A stretch of 64,000 nucleotides of DNA from Dehalococcoidia bacterium (GCA_963667675.1 OY763929.1:814358-878357); one strand, 5' to 3'. Positions 55,683 to 64,000 are shown, counted from the first letter of the stretch. Notes: a model not told the origin generated them from the sequence alone. Numbers and translations are program-made.

Positions 55683-56156
55683 TTGCCTAAAGAGCTAAAG
55701 GTAAACATGAACGGCGAGGGGCTGCGGATAGGAGTGGTCGCGGCGAGGTTCAACGACGCGATAACGCGACAGTTACTGGCCGGCGCACTGGATACTTTGG
55801 CAAGGCACGGCGTGCGGGACGACGACGTGCTGGTAGTGTGGGCGCCGGGGTCATACGAGTTGCCGCTGCTGGCGCGGACACTGGCCAAGAGCGGCAGACA
55901 CGATGCGGTTATCTGCCTGGGAGCAGTCATCCGCGGCGAGACCGGGCACTACGACATGGTGGCGGGACATGCTTCGAGCGGCATAGGTTCGGTGTCCCTG
56001 GAGACCGGGGTGCCCGTTGTTTTCGGCGTGTTGACCACGGAAAACATGGAGCAGGCGATAAACCGTGCTGGGGGCAAGTCGGGCAATCTGGGCTGCTCTG
56101 CCGCCGCTACCGCCATAGAGACCGCCCGGCTGGTGCAGGCGATCGAAAAGGGCTAG
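55683..56156 (+). CDS. ribH: 6,7-dimethyl-8-ribityllumazine synthase
   Basis: RIGVVAARFND and typical RibH core. TTG start after AGGAGAAGG (alternative ATG at 55707). Confidence 0.9.
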   Translation: MPKELKVNMNGEGLRIGVVAARFNDAITRQLLAGALDTLARHGVRDDDVLVVWAPGSYELPLLARTLAKSGRHDAVICLGAVIRGETGHYDMVAGHASSGIGSVSLETGVPVVFGVLTTENMEQAINRAGGKSGNLGCSAAATAIETARLVQAIEKG

Positions 56157-56299
56157 AGCGACTGTCAGCTTGGGCCCGGAGATTCTCGCCCCCACCCTAA
56201 CTTCACTGATTGAACAGGGAAGGGGACAGGCAACCGCCCCCTACTTGCGGCTGAAGTTGGAAGCTGAAGCCATACTATCCGGCTTGACTTGAGGTGTGC

Positions 56300-57199
56300 A
56301 TGAAGTTCGGCGTTAGCATTCCCAACCACTGGGGGGTCGAGGACCCACAACAGATGCTGGCATTTGGGCCGCTGGCCGAGGAGTTGGGTTACGCTTCGGT
56401 GTGGGTGCAGGACCACCTGTTCAACGTCGGCACGCTGAAAGAGCGGCTGGACGACAAGCCCTACTACCACCCTTTGCCCATACTATCCTATCTGGCGGCC
56501 ACCACCGAGAGGGTCACGCTGGGCACGTCGGTGCTGGTGCTGCCCACGCACCATCCGGTCAACCTGGCTAAGTACCTGGCGACGCTGGACCAGATTTCCG
56601 GCGGCAGGGTAACGCTGGGGGCCGGTGTGGGCGGCGAGGGGGACGAGTTCAACCTCCTTGGCATCCCGATTAGGAAGAGGGGAGCGTTGACCGACGAAAG
56701 CATAGCGATAATGAAGGAGCTATGGAGCAAACCCTACTCCAGCTATCAGGGCGGCAGCTTGAATTTTTCGGAAGTGAGGTTCTCGCCCAAGCCGGTGCAG
56801 AAGCCGCACATTCCGGTATGGGTCGGGGGCTCCAGCGCGGCGGCCCGCATGCGAGCGGCCAAAGTGGGGGACGGATGGCACCCCAACGGGTTGACCCCTG
56901 AGAAGTTCAGCGAAGGCAGGCGGGAAGTGGAAGAACTGGCCGCGCAGGCGGGGCGGGACGCCAAGTCGATAGTCATGTCGGTGCGCGTCACAGTGCGGTT
57001 CCAGGCCCCAGCCGCCGGCGGGTCCGGGATTGGCCGCGCCGTGCCGGGCTACGACCCTGACGGCATGACGGCCGCGATGGCGGCGTACAAGGAAGCCGGC
57101 GTAGATCACATGGTGCTTGGGCTGAACACCAGGGACGTGGCGGCGATTACCCGTGTGATGGAAAGTGTCGCCAGTGACGTGATTCCCCGCCTGACGTAG
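56300..57199 (+). CDS. LLM-class (luciferase-like) F420-dependent oxidoreductase family protein
   Basis: MKFGVSIPN...LGYASVWVQDHL...GRVTLGAGVGG pattern of the bacterial luciferase-like family. Confidence 0.85.
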   Translation: MKFGVSIPNHWGVEDPQQMLAFGPLAEELGYASVWVQDHLFNVGTLKERLDDKPYYHPLPILSYLAATTERVTLGTSVLVLPTHHPVNLAKYLATLDQISGGRVTLGAGVGGEGDEFNLLGIPIRKRGALTDESIAIMKELWSKPYSSYQGGSLNFSEVRFSPKPVQKPHIPVWVGGSSAAARMRAAKVGDGWHPNGLTPEKFSEGRREVEELAAQAGRDAKSIVMSVRVTVRFQAPAAGGSGIGRAVPGYDPDGMTAAMAAYKEAGVDHMVLGLNTRDVAAITRVMESVASDVIPRLT

Positions 57200-57235
57200 A
57201 GATGCAGTCGACCGGCTGACGGGCAGAGACCCAGT

Positions 57236-57940
57236 TCAGCCCGACGGACCCAAGAACTCTTCGGCTTCCCTGAGGTCTTTGAAAGAGTCGACGCTGCGCC
57301 AGAACTCCCTGGTCTTGAAGGCTGAAACCCGGCCCGCAACGGCCAACCGGGGGAAGGCGTCGTTTTCGTGGTCGCCGATCTCAGGAAGTTCGGGGAGAAT
57401 AGCGCGCTCCAGCACGTAGACGCCGGCGTTTATCCAATGGGGCATCTGGACTTTCTCCCGGAAGCCGACTACCCGGTCCGAATCGTCCGTATCCACCAGC
57501 CCGTATGGGCTGACCATGGGTGTCACCATGATAGTGGCCAGGTGCTCAGGGTTGGCGTCCTTGCAAGCCTGGTGCCGGACGAGGAGAGTCTCCAGGCTTT
57601 CCTGGGTAATCACGTCCCCGTTCAGCGCCACCGTGGTCTGGTGCGTTTCCGGGACTAAAGACATTCCCCGGCGGATGGCGCCGCCGCGGCCCAAGGGCGA
57701 GTCCTCCAGGCTATAGCGGACGCGGATGCCGAAGGCTTGACCGTCGCCGAAATAGTCTTCGATGGCCTGCCAGCGGTAACCCGCCAGGAAGACGACGTCG
57801 GTCACCCCGCCCTTCTTCAGCCAGTCCACTTGGTGGGCCAGGATGGGCTTGCCGGCAATTGGCACCATGGGCTTGGGTAGATTGTCGGTCAGAGGCCTGA
57901 GTCTTTCGCCCTGGCCACCAGCGAGAATCAGAGCGTACAT
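57236..57940 (-). CDS. sugar-phosphate nucleotidyltransferase (mannose-1-P guanylyl- / glucose-1-P thymidylyltransferase-like)
   Basis: MYALILAGGQGERLRPLTDNLPKPMVPI N-terminal signature. ATG 57940. Confidence 0.85.
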   Translation of the reverse strand: MYALILAGGQGERLRPLTDNLPKPMVPIAGKPILAHQVDWLKKGGVTDVVFLAGYRWQAIEDYFGDGQAFGIRVRYSLEDSPLGRGGAIRRGMSLVPETHQTTVALNGDVITQESLETLLVRHQACKDANPEHLATIMVTPMVSPYGLVDTDDSDRVVGFREKVQMPHWINAGVYVLERAILPELPEIGDHENDAFPRLAVAGRVSAFKTREFWRSVDSFKDLREAEEFLGPSG

Positions 57941-58148
57941 TTTTGGAACATTGCGCAGTTCTTGGCGAGACCTTTGTATGACTTGTTGAATCCCCTTCAC
58001 CCCTGCCCTCTCCCACATTGGAGAGAAGGAGTTGGACGGCGCATTGCTACGCCGACTTGGAGGTTAGGAGAAGGTGTCCGCGTTATCGGAAATCGTAACA
58101 CATGTTGTAGTAGGGACGGTAAGGGCAAATGCCGGAATATGCTGTCGT

Positions 58149-58177
58149 TTGACAGCCTGTTAATGCGTTGTTAACAT
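58149..58177 (+). promoter_or_regulatory. candidate sigma-70-type promoter upstream of the substrate-binding protein gene
   Basis: TTGACA, 17-nt spacer, TAACAT. Would give a ~115-nt structured leader. Confidence 0.3.
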
Positions 58178-58300
58178 TGGCGCTTACACCTAGGAGTAGG
58201 CGATCTAGCGCCGCCCGATTCACGAGGGGTTCGAACGCAACCCGGCGGATTTTCAATGGAGACCTGAGTCCATACGTCCGGGCGAAACGGAGGGCCGATT

Positions 58301-60184
58301 ATGTCTCGATATCCTTGGTTCAGTTTTGGATTCTTGGTTCCTTTGCTGGCCGCGCTGCTGTTAGTGGTTGGAGTAGCCTGCGGCGGGGACGACCCGACCG
58401 CTGCGCCAGAGGCTACGGAACCCGCGGTAGTGGAGCCGACGGCCACACCGGTTCCCGAGGCAGAAACCGCTACGCCGGAGGCTACGGAGCCCGCGGTGGA
58501 GCCGACGGCTACACCGGTTCCCGAGTCAGAGACCGCTACGCCGGAGGCCACGGAGACGCCGGAGCCCACATCTATGGCCCCGGAAGGACCTACGGGTACG
58601 CTGAACATCGCCCGGCCTCTTTTGGGGGCGTATTCGGGGCATACCCGCTACTGGTCAGGGGCAGGCGGAGGGATAGGGACCACCGCCGAACTCCACGAAG
58701 GATTGTTCAGGCTCAACCGGGATGTGGAGTACGACATGATATTGGCGGAGGAATGGTCACTGGAGGGCGACCTGGTGTGGACGTTCAAGCTGCAAGAAGG
58801 GGTCCCGTTCCACCCGGACTCGGATGGGCGGGACTGGGGCGCCGTGACCGCCGAGGACGTAATCTACGCCCTCACGGAGATGGTGGCCGACGACAGTGGG
58901 TGCTCATGCACACACGCTCAATACATCTTCACCAACCCGGATGGCCACTTCAAGGCCTTGGACGACCTCACCATAGAACTTAACACCGGAACGCCCAACT
59001 GGGAGGTCCTAGATTGGATGATGACACCGGGCTCCGGGCATGTGTTCAGCAAAGCACAGTGGGAGTCGCTGGTGGACTCGGGGATGGACCAGGATGCGGC
59101 GGCTGCCCAATTAGTGGGGACCGGGCCATTCACCCTCTCGGATACCGAATTGGGCCTGTGGACCCTCAACGCGGTGGAGGACCACTATCGCAAGACGCCC
59201 GAGTTTGCCGAGGTGAGGTTCATAGAAATGCCCGAAGAAGCCACCGCGTTGGCGGCCTTCCAGGCCGGACGAATAGACGTCTGGTCGGCGGCCTTGGACT
59301 CGTTGCCCGCGCTGGCCCAAGACCCGGACACCAGGTTCATGTCCGTGCCGGCCGCGGGAGAGTTGGTCCTGATAATCTTCCAAAACGGCTATACATACGT
59401 GGGGACGGACCAGCAGTGGCCGGGGTATAACCCGGACCTGCCCTGGACAGCCAGCGACGTCGAGGTGGGCTCGGAGGGCTGGGAACAGGCCAGGAAGGTG
59501 CGTGAGGCTATAAGCATAGCCATAGACCGGGAAAAGCTGGTGGAAGAGTTGCTCTATGGTGAGGGACACCCATCTTCGGTATACGCATGGGCGCGTCACC
59601 AGGACCGAGAGCCCGATGAGTGGGCGTGGGAATACAACCCGGAGCGGGCCAGGGAACTGCTGGCGGAAGCGGGCTATGCGGATGGGTTCGACGTGACTCT
59701 GGTGCCGGTTGCCACCACGGTGGGCGCGGCGACGACCAATGATGCCTGCGTGGCGATGGCCGGCATGCTGCAGGATGTGGGCATCAACGCCACGATAGAG
59801 GTTCTGCCCATCGGCGACCTGTACGGGACCTACATGGATCGCACGGCGGAAGGGATAATGTGCCAATACAATTCCCGATTCGGCCCTGAACCCATCTGGC
59901 TGCACCGCTATGCGTACGTTCCCGACGGGGCCTGGGGCACCGGCTGGGACCACCCCGATTTCACCTCGCCCCTGCTGGAGGCGGCAGCCACCATCAACCC
60001 CGATGAACGCTGGAGGCTGCAGACGGAACTGGGTCAGTGGATGCGGGACAACGCCTTGGCCGTAAGCATCTTCGGAGTCAACACCGTGTTCCCGCTGGGG
60101 CCCAAGGTCGATAGCTGGGAGGAACACCTGTCGCAAGGGATTCCATCCCGGGTCAGCGGCCTGGAGTTCGCCAGACACCGTTAG
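58301..60184 (+). CDS. ABC transporter substrate-binding lipoprotein, family 5 (peptide/nickel type)
   Basis: Signal peptide with lipobox-like VVGVAC, T/P/E-rich repeat linker, then an SBP_bac_5-like body of ~530 aa. No permease or ATPase genes adjacent. Confidence 0.85.
   Translation: MSRYPWFSFGFLVPLLAALLLVVGVACGGDDPTAAPEATEPAVVEPTATPVPEAETATPEATEPAVEPTATPVPESETATPEATETPEPTSMAPEGPTGTLNIARPLLGAYSGHTRYWSGAGGGIGTTAELHEGLFRLNRDVEYDMILAEEWSLEGDLVWTFKLQEGVPFHPDSDGRDWGAVTAEDVIYALTEMVADDSGCSCTHAQYIFTNPDGHFKALDDLTIELNTGTPNWEVLDWMMTPGSGHVFSKAQWESLVDSGMDQDAAAAQLVGTGPFTLSDTELGLWTLNAVEDHYRKTPEFAEVRFIEMPEEATALAAFQAGRIDVWSAALDSLPALAQDPDTRFMSVPAAGELVLIIFQNGYTYVGTDQQWPGYNPDLPWTASDVEVGSEGWEQARKVREAISIAIDREKLVEELLYGEGHPSSVYAWARHQDREPDEWAWEYNPERARELLAEAGYADGFDVTLVPVATTVGAATTNDACVAMAGMLQDVGINATIEVLPIGDLYGTYMDRTAEGIMCQYNSRFGPEPIWLHRYAYVPDGAWGTGWDHPDFTSPLLEAAATINPDERWRLQTELGQWMRDNALAVSIFGVNTVFPLGPKVDSWEEHLSQGIPSRVSGLEFARHR
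58409..58570 (+). repeat. tandem 69/66-bp coding repeat (T/P/E-rich linker)
   Basis: gaggctacgga(a/g)cccgcgg...ccggttcccgag(g/t)caga(a/g)accgctacgccg repeated at 58409 and 58478, with a partial third unit from 58544. Confidence 0.7.
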
Positions 60185-60219
60185 TAGCGGTCAAAGCGGC
60201 CCCCTATCCACGGCATATC

Positions 60220-60260
60220 GATGCCCCGCCAGACATTCTGGCGGGGCATCTTGTTTGCTT
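60220..60260 (+). terminator. rho-independent terminator after the substrate-binding protein gene
   Basis: Perfect 13-bp stem gatgccccgccag / ctggcggggcatc, 5-nt loop, followed by ttgtttgctt. Confidence 0.6.
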
Positions 60261-60323
60261 GTGGGGTTACGCTGTGGATTTCCTCTGTTGCGGCCTATAG
60301 CCTACTTGAAGGGCAGGGGTCTG

Positions 60324-60352
60324 GGATTCCTCGGCTGCGCTCAGAATGACGG
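60324..60352. repeat. family C hairpin repeat (inverted orientation)
   Basis: ggattcctcggctgcgctcagaatgacgg, similar to 38722-38755. Confidence 0.4.
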
Positions 60353-60450
60353 GTTGGGGTCGGCCGAGGGGCGGTCCCGGCGCAACGCTGCCGGGGATGA
60401 ACTTAGTGCGGCAGCGTTGCGCCAATCGTGGAGGATACTATCGGGAAGGG

Positions 60451-60693
60451 CTAGAGGTTGGCCCCGGCTAGGTCGCCGGCGTAGGCTGCCAGGTCCTCCG
60501 GCGTTTCGGTCATGACGAAGAAGTCTTCACCTGGGTCGTCGTCGCCGCGAAAGAGTTGGCGTTCGAATTCCTGCCAGGCGCCGGGCCGCAGGGCGATGAC
60601 AACATTGGGGTCCTGGGAGCTGCGAATCACCATGTTCTCGTAGGCTTGCCATCTGCGGGGGTAGGGTTCCCCGCCAACCAATCTTACGTACAC
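60451..60693 (-). CDS. hypothetical small protein
   Basis: GTG 60693 preceded by GGAGGTG at 6 nt; the tracked ORF opens at TTG 60708. No family recognised. Confidence 0.45.
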   Translation of the reverse strand: MYVRLVGGEPYPRRWQAYENMVIRSSQDPNVVIALRPGAWQEFERQLFRGDDDPGEDFFVMTETPEDLAAYAGDLAGANL

Positions 60694-60736
60694 GTCAGAC
60701 ACCTCCAAGGCAGATTAGGGATGCCTGTCGAAGGTA

Positions 60737-60943
60737 TTAGTCCTGACTAACGTCGGGGGGCGATAGGATGCCTTTCAAAGACCAGGGGTCTAGGTCGTCG
60801 GCAGGGGTTGGGGCCGGCCAGTAGCCGTAGTACCGCACGCCAGCACAGGGGACGCGGTGATGCCACTGCATGGACTGGGACTGGCTGACCGCCTGTGGAG
60901 CTTCTAATTCCTGGACTGGATCCGTCGACACCAGGGTCACCAT
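60737..60943 (-). CDS. hypothetical small protein
   Basis: ATG 60943 preceded by GGGAGGTG. 68 aa. No family recognised. Confidence 0.45.
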   Translation of the reverse strand: MVTLVSTDPVQELEAPQAVSQSQSMQWHHRVPCAGVRYYGYWPAPTPADDLDPWSLKGILSPPDVSQD

Positions 60944-61059
60944 TTCACACCTCCCGGACGCGAGGCCGAAATCGCTTAAAAACGGTCCTCGCTAGGGTGG
61001 GCCGCGCCCCGGTTGGGGATTCCAACGGCGGTAAGCCTCCGGGCGCGGCCGATGCGCCG

Positions 61060-61215
61060 TCAGCCGACGGCAGCCAGATCCTTCTCCCGGCCCAGGCTCA
61101 CCGCCTTCTCGGCCCGGGCAACGCAGTCCTCGCACAGCCATACCCGGGTAGACTTGTCAATCATGTAAAACCGGACGCCCTCTTTGGGGCACGCATATAC
61201 TGCGCATTTCTTCAT
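61060..61215 (-). CDS. hypothetical 51-aa Cys-rich (zinc-ribbon-like) protein, below the ORF-track length cutoff
   Basis: My own translation: MKKCAVYACPKEGVRFYMIDKSTRVWLCEDCVARAEKAVSLGREKDLAAVG. ATG preceded by GAGGTG. C4/C9 and C28/C31 pairs. Confidence 0.45.
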   Translation of the reverse strand: MKKCAVYACPKEGVRFYMIDKSTRVWLCEDCVARAEKAVSLGREKDLAAVG

Positions 61216-61604
61216 GTTTCACCTCACTGGTTGTCCGAGTCTCCATCCCCATTGGGACCGGGAAAGCCAAAGTTGCGGGTAAGAGAATGGAGCCTGCCAA
61301 GGAAACCGTGGTAATTACATAATATAGGCAGTCAAACCGCGCCGTGTCAATAGATTTCGTATTTGTGAAATAAATCCCGTAGTGTTATCGTTCATGGAAC
61401 GGCTTGCACCGGCAACATTCGCTATGTGTTTTGTGAAAAGATTAACAATTACAGTTATGCTATAATTTTGAACAGGCCCAGGAGCAACTGGATTGGACGT
61501 AATCTTTGGGAATTATATACCTAATTACACAATTGAGTCCAGAAACCCTTGACTTTCCCCGCCCTACTGTGTAAACTGTTACTATCAGAGAAAGGATAGT
61601 GACG

Positions 61605-62576
61605 ATGACTAAATCAGCACCGGGCAAGTCTTACCGCAAGGGAATATCGTTAGTAGAGGCCATCAAGCGATTCTCCAATGAGGCCGACGCTGAGGCGTGG
61701 TTCATGGAGACTCGCTGGGCGTCCGGGATAGTATGCCCGTTCTGCGGCGGACTGGACGGCGTGAGGGAGCGCAAAAACCGCAAGCCGCAACCCTTCCGGT
61801 GCAAGGATTGCCGAAAGGACTTCTCTATCAAGACCGGCACATTGATGCAAGGCTCGAAGCTCCCCCTCGGAACCTGGGCCATCGCCTTTTACCTGTTTTC
61901 GACGCACCTGAAAGGCGTATCCAGCATGAAGCTACACCGTGACCTGGCCGTGACGCAAAAGACGGCCTGGCATCTGGCACACCGCATCCGCGAGACCTTG
62001 AAGGACAATCCGGGCCAGTTCTTCGGGCCGGTGGAAATTGACGAAACCTACATCGGCGGGAAGGAAGGGAACAAACACCAGGACAAGAAGCTAAACGCCG
62101 GACGCGGGCCGGTTGGCAAGTCCGCGGTGGTGGGAGCTCGCGACCAGGATACCGGGCAAATCGCCGCCAAGCATATCCCCTTCACCGACAAAGACGCGCT
62201 CCAAGGGTTTGTCCGGGAGACAACGGAGATTGGCGCGGTGGTTTACACCGACGAAGCCAGGGCATACGAAGGGATGCCGCACCGCTCCCACTGGACCGTC
62301 CAGCACAGCGCAGGGGAGTACGTCAAGCGTCAAGCAACTACTAACGGGATTGAGTCCTTTTGGGCCTTGCTCAAAAGGGGCATCAATGGGACGTATCACC
62401 ACGTCTCCAGTAAGCACCTGGGCCGGTACGTGACCGAGTTTTCAGGCCGTCACAACAGCCGCCCAATGGACACTGAGGCCATCATGGGCCGCATGGCCCG
62501 CGGGACTACCGGCAAGCGATTGCCATACGCGGGACTGATAGGCCCGGCATTTACCCGTCAACCGCAAATGCTCTAA
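61605..62576 (+). CDS. IS1595-family (ISXO2-like) transposase
   Basis: N-terminal zinc ribbon (CPFCGG...CKDCRKDF) and DDE domain (EIDETYIGG...VYTDEARAY...TNGIESFWALLKR). Confidence 0.9.
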   Translation: MTKSAPGKSYRKGISLVEAIKRFSNEADAEAWFMETRWASGIVCPFCGGLDGVRERKNRKPQPFRCKDCRKDFSIKTGTLMQGSKLPLGTWAIAFYLFSTHLKGVSSMKLHRDLAVTQKTAWHLAHRIRETLKDNPGQFFGPVEIDETYIGGKEGNKHQDKKLNAGRGPVGKSAVVGARDQDTGQIAAKHIPFTDKDALQGFVRETTEIGAVVYTDEARAYEGMPHRSHWTVQHSAGEYVKRQATTNGIESFWALLKRGINGTYHHVSSKHLGRYVTEFSGRHNSRPMDTEAIMGRMARGTTGKRLPYAGLIGPAFTRQPQML

Positions 62577-62604
62577 CCCGAATCGTGAGGGAAAGGAGAC
62601 ATCA

Positions 62605-62934
62605 ATGGCAGAGGCGCGTCATCTCCTGGTAGAACAAAAAGTTGCCATCGACTGGCATTTACTAGAGGCCATTGAGAATGAGGCATTCGTAAATGGGATT
62701 CATGTAAACCAAATCGTTAACAGTGCAATCGCTAATTGGGTTGCCGATAATGTCTCTGGCTACTACGACGCTGCCCAGGAGGAAATCCGGCGCATGGAAA
62801 ACTCGGCGGTTTGGGAGTCGAGGGAACCTTGCTACCCTGAGTGGATGCATCCTGATGATGTCAAAGATAGAGTCCAGCAATTGGCTGCCTTGGGAGCACG
62901 TTGGAAGAGAGAATCAGAAACCGAGGGGGCATAA
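62605..62934 (+). CDS. hypothetical protein inside the IS (passenger ORF 1)
   Basis: ATG preceded by AAGGAGA. 109 aa. No family recognised. Confidence 0.5.
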   Translation: MAEARHLLVEQKVAIDWHLLEAIENEAFVNGIHVNQIVNSAIANWVADNVSGYYDAAQEEIRRMENSAVWESREPCYPEWMHPDDVKDRVQQLAALGARWKRESETEGA

Positions 62935-63104
62935 TGGCTGCTACTAAAGACAAGCGGATTGGGACGTTGTGGGACCCGGTAGACGCATCACCGGAAGACA
63001 TAGCCCGCGCCTGTATGCAAGGGCCGCCCAAAGAGAAGTGGGACTATCAGAATAAGGAATCTGAGCCGGATTTAGAGGCCGACGAAGATTCCGAGTCTGT
63101 GTAA
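62934..63104 (+). CDS. hypothetical acidic protein inside the IS (passenger ORF 2)
   Basis: The ATG overlaps the ORF 1 stop (TAATG). 56 aa. Its stop codon lies inside the right inverted repeat. Confidence 0.4.
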   Translation: MAATKDKRIGTLWDPVDASPEDIARACMQGPPKEKWDYQNKESEPDLEADEDSESV

Positions 63105-63179
63105 TTAGGTATATAATTCCCTAATCTTGGGTACATTGAGACGCCTTGTGGAACACTGGCCGGGGCCGAGGGAGGAAAC

Positions 63180-63950
63180 ATGGCAGTGGCGACGAAAGCC
63201 AAGCCAAAGAAGCAAGCTGAAGCGCCGAATCTCGTAGGAGAACGGCTATCGCAGACGACCGAGAACTACCTGTTGTGCCTGTACAAGATGCGAGAGGACC
63301 AGGAATTTCCGACGATTACCCAGTTGACCGACTATCTGCGGCAGCTTCCGGCGACGGAGAGCCTGGGCACCTCGGTGCCGTCGGTGGCAGGGATGATCAG
63401 GCGGATGCAAAAGCAAGGGTTGGTGAAGATTGACAGGGACAAGCGGGTGCAGCTAACGGAGTACGGGCTGGAGATCTGGGAGGACATGGCCCGGCGGCAC
63501 CGGTTGGCCGAGTGGCTGGTGGTGCGGCTGATAGGCATGGACCTGTACCGGGCCCACATGGAGGCGCACCGGCTGGAGCATGGGATGTCGCCTGAGTTCC
63601 AAGAACGGCTGATAGAGCGGCTAGGGAGGCCCAAGAGGTCGCCCTTTGGCCGGCCGATTCCCGGCATGGCGGGGGACGACCAGCCTGCGGACCGGATGGC
63701 GTTGGACCTGGCGAAGGAGGGTGACGCCTACGTGGTCGCCCGGGTCCCGGAGGACGATATCGACCTGCTGCGGTTCCTGGTGGAGTCGGAAATCATCCCG
63801 GACCGGGAGATAACGGTGGCGCAGGCGGCGCCGCACCTGGGGGTGTTCAAAATCGCCACGGCGACGGAAGAGGTCTCGATTGGATACAACGTGGCGAGGA
63901 AGATACTGGTACGGCCCTCTGTTCAGGAAGCCGCGGCGATAGTGGGCTAG
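63180..63950 (+). CDS. DtxR/MntR-family metal-dependent transcriptional regulator with C-terminal FeoA/SH3-like domain
   Basis: wHTH (TENYLLCLYKM...), dimerisation/metal region (RRHRLAEWLVVRLIG...AHMEAHRLEH) and SH3-like tail. GGGAGGA SD. Confidence 0.85.
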   Translation: MAVATKAKPKKQAEAPNLVGERLSQTTENYLLCLYKMREDQEFPTITQLTDYLRQLPATESLGTSVPSVAGMIRRMQKQGLVKIDRDKRVQLTEYGLEIWEDMARRHRLAEWLVVRLIGMDLYRAHMEAHRLEHGMSPEFQERLIERLGRPKRSPFGRPIPGMAGDDQPADRMALDLAKEGDAYVVARVPEDDIDLLRFLVESEIIPDREITVAQAAPHLGVFKIATATEEVSIGYNVARKILVRPSVQEAAAIVG

Positions 63951-64000
63951 GCGGCTTCCTCCTCGTCTTCCTCTCCAATCTGGTCGGCCAGGTAGTTGTC

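Larger units (their letters stand above)
61508..63121 (+). mobile_element. IS1595-family insertion sequence with two passenger ORFs
   Basis: Perfect 23-bp terminal inverted repeats gggaattatatacctaattacac (61508-61530) and its reverse complement (63099-63121). Flanking 8-bp direct repeat taatcttt / taatcttg (7/8 identical). Confidence 0.85.

Noticed and set aside
58215-58245. tRNA-like T-arm motif (ggggttcgaacgcaaccc) upstream of the substrate-binding protein gene.
   Set aside because: No acceptor stem, D-arm or anticodon arm can be drawn around it, and the loop sequence does not fit GTTCGAATC pairing. It is more likely part of a leader hairpin. tRNAscan-SE would confirm.
58184-58300. Structured leader (nested hairpins followed by attttc) before the substrate-binding protein gene, as a riboswitch or attenuator.
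   Set aside because: The stems are short and bulged, and I cannot match any known riboswitch consensus. It would need an Rfam scan and conservation analysis, so it is not reported as a feature.

Overview
Densely coding, visibly high-GC bacterial chromosomal segment. I did not compute GC; all composition statements are by eye. Most of it is housekeeping: uvrC, argH, rpe, rpmB, folB, polA, thiE, comM, rny-ymdB, recA-recX, trpS, amt, dnaJ-prmA, ribH and xerD. RNase Y with YmdB, a translin-family protein, an F420-type LLM oxidoreductase, frequent GGAGG Shine-Dalgarno sites with TTG/GTG starts, and abundant hairpin repeats suggest a Chloroflexota-like organism (low-confidence inference). No rRNA, tRNA or CRISPR array was found. 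Accessory content sits in visibly AT-richer islets. (1) 44.6-48.0 kb holds a decayed Type I R-M locus. An intact two-TRD hsdS is translationally coupled to an uncharacterised 652-aa protein with a C-terminal transmembrane hairpin, followed by a possible truncated hsdR 5-prime stub. No hsdM or intact hsdR occurs in the window, and the cassette is bracketed by hairpin-repeat clusters. This is my best candidate for an undescribed, defence-type system. (2) 14.3-16.0 kb is a Type II R-M pair between polA and a citE-like gene. (3) 11.7-12.85 kb encodes a zincin-motif membrane protein. (4) 61.5-63.1 kb is an IS1595-family element with perfect 23-bp inverted repeats, a target-site duplication and two passenger ORFs. 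Other notable items follow. A two-component system plus a lipoprotein with five near-identical tandem PPC-like repeats is bracketed by a roughly 300-bp duplication of the suhB 5-prime end. There are two toxin-antitoxin pairs; the BrnT homologue lacks a canonical start codon. Two genes are frameshifted at G homopolymers, which may be assembly errors. At least four families of intergenic hairpin repeats occur. Three small SD-preceded ORFs lie near the IS, one of them below the ORF-track cutoff.
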